From the human T2T-CHM13v2.0 reference genome, Homo sapiens: a stretch of DNA of 64,000 bases. Of the stretch, positions 53,775 through 64,000 are shown one piece after another; within the stretch, counting starts at the first letter, position 1; every line of letters begins with the position of its first letter. The position numbers and the translations under genes were made by a program. The stretch lies in the NCBI RefSeq assembly GCF_009914755.1, contig NC_060943.1. One strand, written 5' to 3'. The notes under the pieces are model-generated. The model searched no databases. It was not told where the DNA came from and saw only the letters and a list, made by a program, of their open reading frames with translations.

Positions 53775-54108
53775 CTGTGTGTGTGTGTGTGTGTGAGAGT
53801 GTGTGTGTGTGGGAGCATGTGTGTGAGTGGGGTGTGTGTGAGTGTGAATGAGTGTGAGAGCACGTGTGACAATGTGTGTGTAAGCGTGTGTGTGAGTGGG
53901 ATGTGTGTGAATGAGTGTGAGTGTGTGTAAGCATGTGTGACAATGTGTGACAGTGTGTGTGACTGTGTGTAAGCGTGTGTGTGGGTGTGAGGGTGTGAGT
54001 GTGAATGAGTGTGTGTGAGCATGACAGTGTGCGTGTCAGCGTGTGTGAGTGTGAGCGTGTGAGACTGTGTGTGAGTGTGCATGTGAGAGTGTGAGTGTGT
54101 GTGCATGC
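53775..54108 (+). repeat. (GT)n / GTGA compound microsatellite
   Basis: About 330 bp of TG/GTGA units. A further (TG)n lies at 50281-50315. Confidence 0.95.
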
Positions 54109-55117
54109 TAACCTACTAGGCCCAGAGTGCCCTTTCAGTTTCTCCACTGTCATTTCTCACATGTTCTGTCTGCTTTGGCTACATTGACCAAACTGCTCAG
54201 CAGCCTCCGAGTATGCCATTTTGTCTTCCTGGGCACACTTCCCTGCACTTTACCTCGCTCATCCTTCCCTACTGCTCTGGTCGTCTCTTCCAGGAAGCTC
54301 TTCCTGACCTCCCTGGGCTGGGTCCTTTGTGCCACTTGGGCTCCAACTACCAACCTCTGGACTTCCTGTCCCAGCCCTGACCACTCTGGGTCATCACTGG
54401 TGTGACGTCTGCTTCCCTGACTGGGATGTGAGAACCAAGGAAGCAAGGCTGGGACATTTCAGCCACTGCTATTGTCCCCATTTCTGTCTGGCACCGGGCT
54501 GGCATAGAGGAAGTGCTCAGAGAATGTGTGTTGAATGAATGAGTGAATGAATGAATGACAGGGTGTCACGCCAGGAGTGGAGGGAAGTGTTTTTTGTCTC
54601 CTGCAGTAGCTTTTCCATTTTCCTACATTCCTGTGGGATGTAGGACTAGGATGTAGGGGGCTGTGTCCTGCTTCTCTGAGTCAGCAGCCGGCTCATGCTG
54701 TATGATCTGGAAGTTGCACGCCAGGAGTGGGGATGGGGGCTGACCACATGTCCAGGGGCTGAGGAGAGACGCTGGCTCCTGTTGCTTGTCTGAATACTGT
54801 TTGACCTGGTAGGACCAATGTCTGTCCCGCCTTCTGGGTTTCCCAGCTGCCTGGCCTGTGGGGTGTGTCAATGGGCTGGGAGGGGACGACATGTCTCGTG
54901 GCACAGAATGTGATCCAGGAGCAAGGAACCAAGTGTCCTCGGAGGAACATTCCGAACAGAGGTCTTATCCATATCTTGTGGGCTACAGGGGAGTGGGGAA
55001 AACTGGGCCAGGGTGGAAGAGAAAAGGAGGAGGTGTGCCTGGTTCACTCGATTTTTCTCTAAACCTCTTGCCAAAGCTGCTTAGTGAGATGGGAGGCTGG
55101 GGGCGGGGTGGATGGTG

Positions 55118-55239
55118 GAGAGAGAGAGAGAGAGAAGAGGAGAGAAGATAGAGCAGAGAGAGAATGAGAGAGAAAGAGGGAGGAGAGAGGGAAAGATAGG
55201 AGAGAGGAGAGACGGGGTGGGGAGAGAGAGAGAGACAGA

Positions 55240-55285
<46 letters not shown>

Positions 55286-55287
55286 AA
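55118..55287 (+). repeat. (GA)n polypurine tract within a purine-rich stretch of ~900 bp (to ~56020)
   Basis: AGAGAG runs; strongly purine-biased + strand. Confidence 0.9.
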
Positions 55288-56437
55288 ATGAGTGCGTACT
55301 GACCCTGGGCTCCAGCTCTGGTGTTTGACCTAAAAAATCCAAGGGGATTAAGGATGAACTAGAACCAGCACTGGACCAAAGATGCAATTCAGGAGGCCTT
55401 CCCTGGAGTCCTAGATGTCGATGCTTGTCGGGCATTGGTCTTGGGAGGGAGATAGGGAGAGGTGAGAGACTTTGGAGGGAATAGAGAGAGTGGAGGGGCC
55501 TTGGAAAATGTATGGTTGGGGGAGAAGGATGGAGCAGGGGGAGAGGCAGAAAAGGGACTGGGTTTGGAGGAAGGGAAGAAAAAACCAGGAGGGAGCTGAG
55601 ACTTAGGAAAAAAGAGACACAGGAAGGGAGAGGCAGAAAGAAATGTGTGACGCCCGCAGAGGAGGACCTCAGTGAGAGGGGGCTAGTAGATACTGGTTGA
55701 ATGGATGATTGAACAGAGTTCAGAGAGAGAGAGGAGGAAAGGAAAAACGTGAGACTATGAGAGGTGGAGGGAAGGAAAGGATGGGGAGAGAGACAGGAAG
55801 ACAAAAGGAGAAGGAAAGATGAGGGGAGGGACAGGGAAAGCAGAGGACAGATGAAGAGGACAAGAGATGGGGGGTATCCAAACAGAACCAGAGAGATGGA
55901 CAGAGAGGCAGACAGAGGGGCAAGAGACAGAGGGAGGCAGAGGGGAGCAAGAGACGAGAAGTCAGAAACAGAATGAGAGGGAGACACATAAAGAATGACA
56001 CCGAGACAGAGAAAACCAGTGAGACTGGGCAAGAGGGGGTGACAGAATTCCAAAGGGGGGAGCAAGTGTGTGGAACATGGCTGGCTGGCCCCCAAGCCCG
56101 GAGGGACGCCCTGACACCTGCCTCCCTCCCCACCCTCGCTCCTCCAACTGACCAGAGGGGGCAGGTGTGTGGGAAAAGACACATCTGCCAGCGCATCATG
56201 CAAATGAGCTCATGAATATGCAGCAGGCCCGTTGTCTTGCCCTGCCCCCACCCCCATCTGCTCGGCCAGGCCCCTCGGGCTGGGGGCAGCTCTGTCCCCT
56301 TAGGGGGAGGGGAGGCCCCCTCCCCACCACTGTCACTGTCCTTAGGGCAGACCTTCCCCCTCATCTAGGGCCCAGGTGGGAGGGAGAAAGGGAGGAAGGG
56401 CGGGGGGCCTAGGGCAGAGACCTGGGCCGGGGCTCAC

Positions 56438-56581
56438 CGGGGTAGAAGTCTTTGGACTTGGAGAGCTTGATGGTGGCTCCGGTCTCCTTCTGCAGCTGCA
56501 CGATGGTCTGCCCGCCCTTGCCAATGATGGAGCCCGCCGCGTAGCTGGGGATCAGCACCTTCAGGAAGTATTCGCCTTCCT
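56438..56581 (-). CDS. NOVA2: NOVA2 coding exon 2 (144 nt), N-terminal part of KH1
   Basis: ccccgcAG|AGGAAGGCGAATAC...TACCCCG|GTGAGC. Encodes (E)[47 protein letters not shown](G), containing the GKGG loop. Phase 1-1. Confidence 0.96.
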
Positions 56582-57810
56582 CTGCGGGGGCACACAGGGT
56601 GGAGGGGAGTCAGCGGGGGAGGGGTCTTCACCTTTGGAGGGGGTGAGCAGAGGAAACCCCAGGGGTCACAGTAGCAGTATGGAGAATAATACAAATAATG
56701 ATCTTCATTCACTCATTCATTCAACAAATAGTTATTGAGCACCTGCTACGTGCCTGGCACTGGTCTAGGGAAACAGCCAAGAAGAAAATAGACAAAGCTC
56801 CCCGATTTGTGGGCAAATGAGGCAAATAAGGCCGAAAGAGTTTTAGTGATTCAGCCAAGAGCTCGCACAGCTAGCTACATTCTTCTAGGTGGGGAAGACA
56901 GACAGTATATTTCATGTCAGATGGTGGGACTCCTGATGACACAAAAAAGGCAGGAAAAGGGGGTCAGGGAGGGTGGGAGGCTGCAGTGTCAGAGAGGGAG
57001 GCCAGGGAAGCTCTTCCTAAGAATGTGGCAGGCTTTATTCATCATCACACACTTTTGCAGCACCTGATAGGTGCTATACTGTTCTAAGTACTTTCCAAAT
57101 ACCAGTCCTTTGAATTTTCACACTTATCCTATGAAGGAACCCATCATACAGATGAGGAAACAAAGGTGAAGAAATCACCCAAGGACACTTGTAGGTGGCA
57201 GAGCTGAGATTTGGAGTCCATGCTCTGAACTATTATGATCATCAGGATATGGAGGAAGGAACGGAACCACATGGCTATGTGAAGGACGAGTGAGTGCAAA
57301 GGCCCTGAAGTGGGACTGTGCCTGTGCTCTTCCAGAGGGACTAAGGAGGCCCCTGTGCCTGGGGCTGAATGAGAGAGGGGAAGAATGGGAGGAGATGAGG
57401 ACAGAGAGGGGTGCTGGTGGTGAGGGGTGATGGGGCTCGCAGGCCACAGTGAGGTCCTTAACTTTTACCCCAAGTGAGATGGAGCCATGGGAGGGATGTG
57501 GCCTGACTTAGGTTTTAGGAGGATTCCTCTGATGCCCATGAGGGGAGCAGACCGTGAGAAGCAACGGTGGGAGAGGTGGGGGCCCAGTGAGGTGGCGACT
57601 GCAATGGTCCAGGCAGGAGGTGACGGCGGTCTGACAGGTGGAAGCGGTGAGCGGGGAGGCAGAGGAAGGCCGGACGCTGGGGATGCTCCGAACACTCACT
57701 TTTGATCAGGCGCTGTGCTGAGTGCTTTGTGAGCTTGATCTCGTCCGTTCCTCACAACCTCCCGGTGAGGCGGGTGGAATGAGCTCCATTTTTACACAAG
57801 AGGAAACTGA

Positions 57811-63385
<5,575 letters not shown>

Positions 63386-64000
63386 ATCAGCCAATACTCC
63401 CTTCCCCCTTCCATAAATAACAATTGCCTACCCAAGAGATTTGGGGTGTTGTAGTAAGAGTGGCCTATTTTAGTGTCAGAGAGTTCACCCTCTAAGGTGG
63501 CTTTGATCTTGGGGGTCATGAATGACAAAGGTAAAGCTGAAGGGGTGTGGGTTGTTGAGGTGTTGTTTTTGGTGTTAGTGTGTCCAGATGCAACATCAAT
63601 GTTGGGTGTTGTCCTCATGGCACCTCATGGTTTTGTTTGGGGGCTGGGGAAGGGAGAGCTGGCATGTTCTATGAGGGTACGAGGAGGCTGGGGTTTGACA
63701 TCGGTGTTGTCATCGGGAGCCTGTGGGGATGCTGCTGGCAGAGAGGGTGTGGGGTGGGAGCAGTACTGCCGAGGAGGGGTGGGACTTCAGGCATGTGATG
63801 TGTTTCTGTGAATGGCGGTGTTGCCTATTTGGTGTGAAATGCAATACAACTAGAGTGTGCTTATGTAGGGATGAGATGCTGAAAGGTGTGATGCTGCCTT
63901 GAGTTGTGACGGTCTCTAAGTGAAAGAAAGGCAGATGGGCCACGGTTTTCTTGGAGTGAATCACCATTGGATGGTGGATGGTGAAAAGGGAAAATGACAT

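Noticed and set aside
53668-54153. His/Thr-rich ORFs
   Set aside because: Translation of the (CA)n microsatellite.
54983-56203. 406-aa Leu/Ser/Pro-rich ORF
   Set aside because: Translation of a CT-rich low-complexity tract that lacks stops by composition.

Overview
Alu-saturated, GC-rich primate (human-like) genomic DNA. Gene identity and order match my recollection of the NANOS2-NOVA2 region of chromosome 19q13.3. Two genes lie on the minus strand. NANOS2 is complete and intronless (CDS 9718-10134, 138 aa; TATA at 10244-10250; AATAAA at 8679-8684). The 3' part of NOVA2 is present: coding exons 2 (56438-56581), 3 (49204-49370) and 4 (35293-36375), plus an Alu-free 3'UTR of about 6 kb ending near 29160; exon 1 lies beyond the right edge. 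Most remaining ORFs in the track are Alu, low-complexity or antisense artefacts. The best lead is a CpG-rich, Alu-free module around NOVA2 exon 3 (~48100-49900) with a near-perfect REST RE1, five RFX X-boxes and CCAAT/ETS/KLF sites. Embedded in it is a 72-nt, stop-free, in-frame AG...GT segment ending MTTxxxxQ, matching the length and intron position of NOVA1's autoregulated cassette exon. Other leads: structured hairpins and clustered miRNA, Pumilio and YCAY sites in the NOVA2 3'UTR; an Alu insertion 30 nt from the last-exon acceptor; and an old inverted duplication near the window start. Repeat-family names are by eye and their boundaries are approximate.
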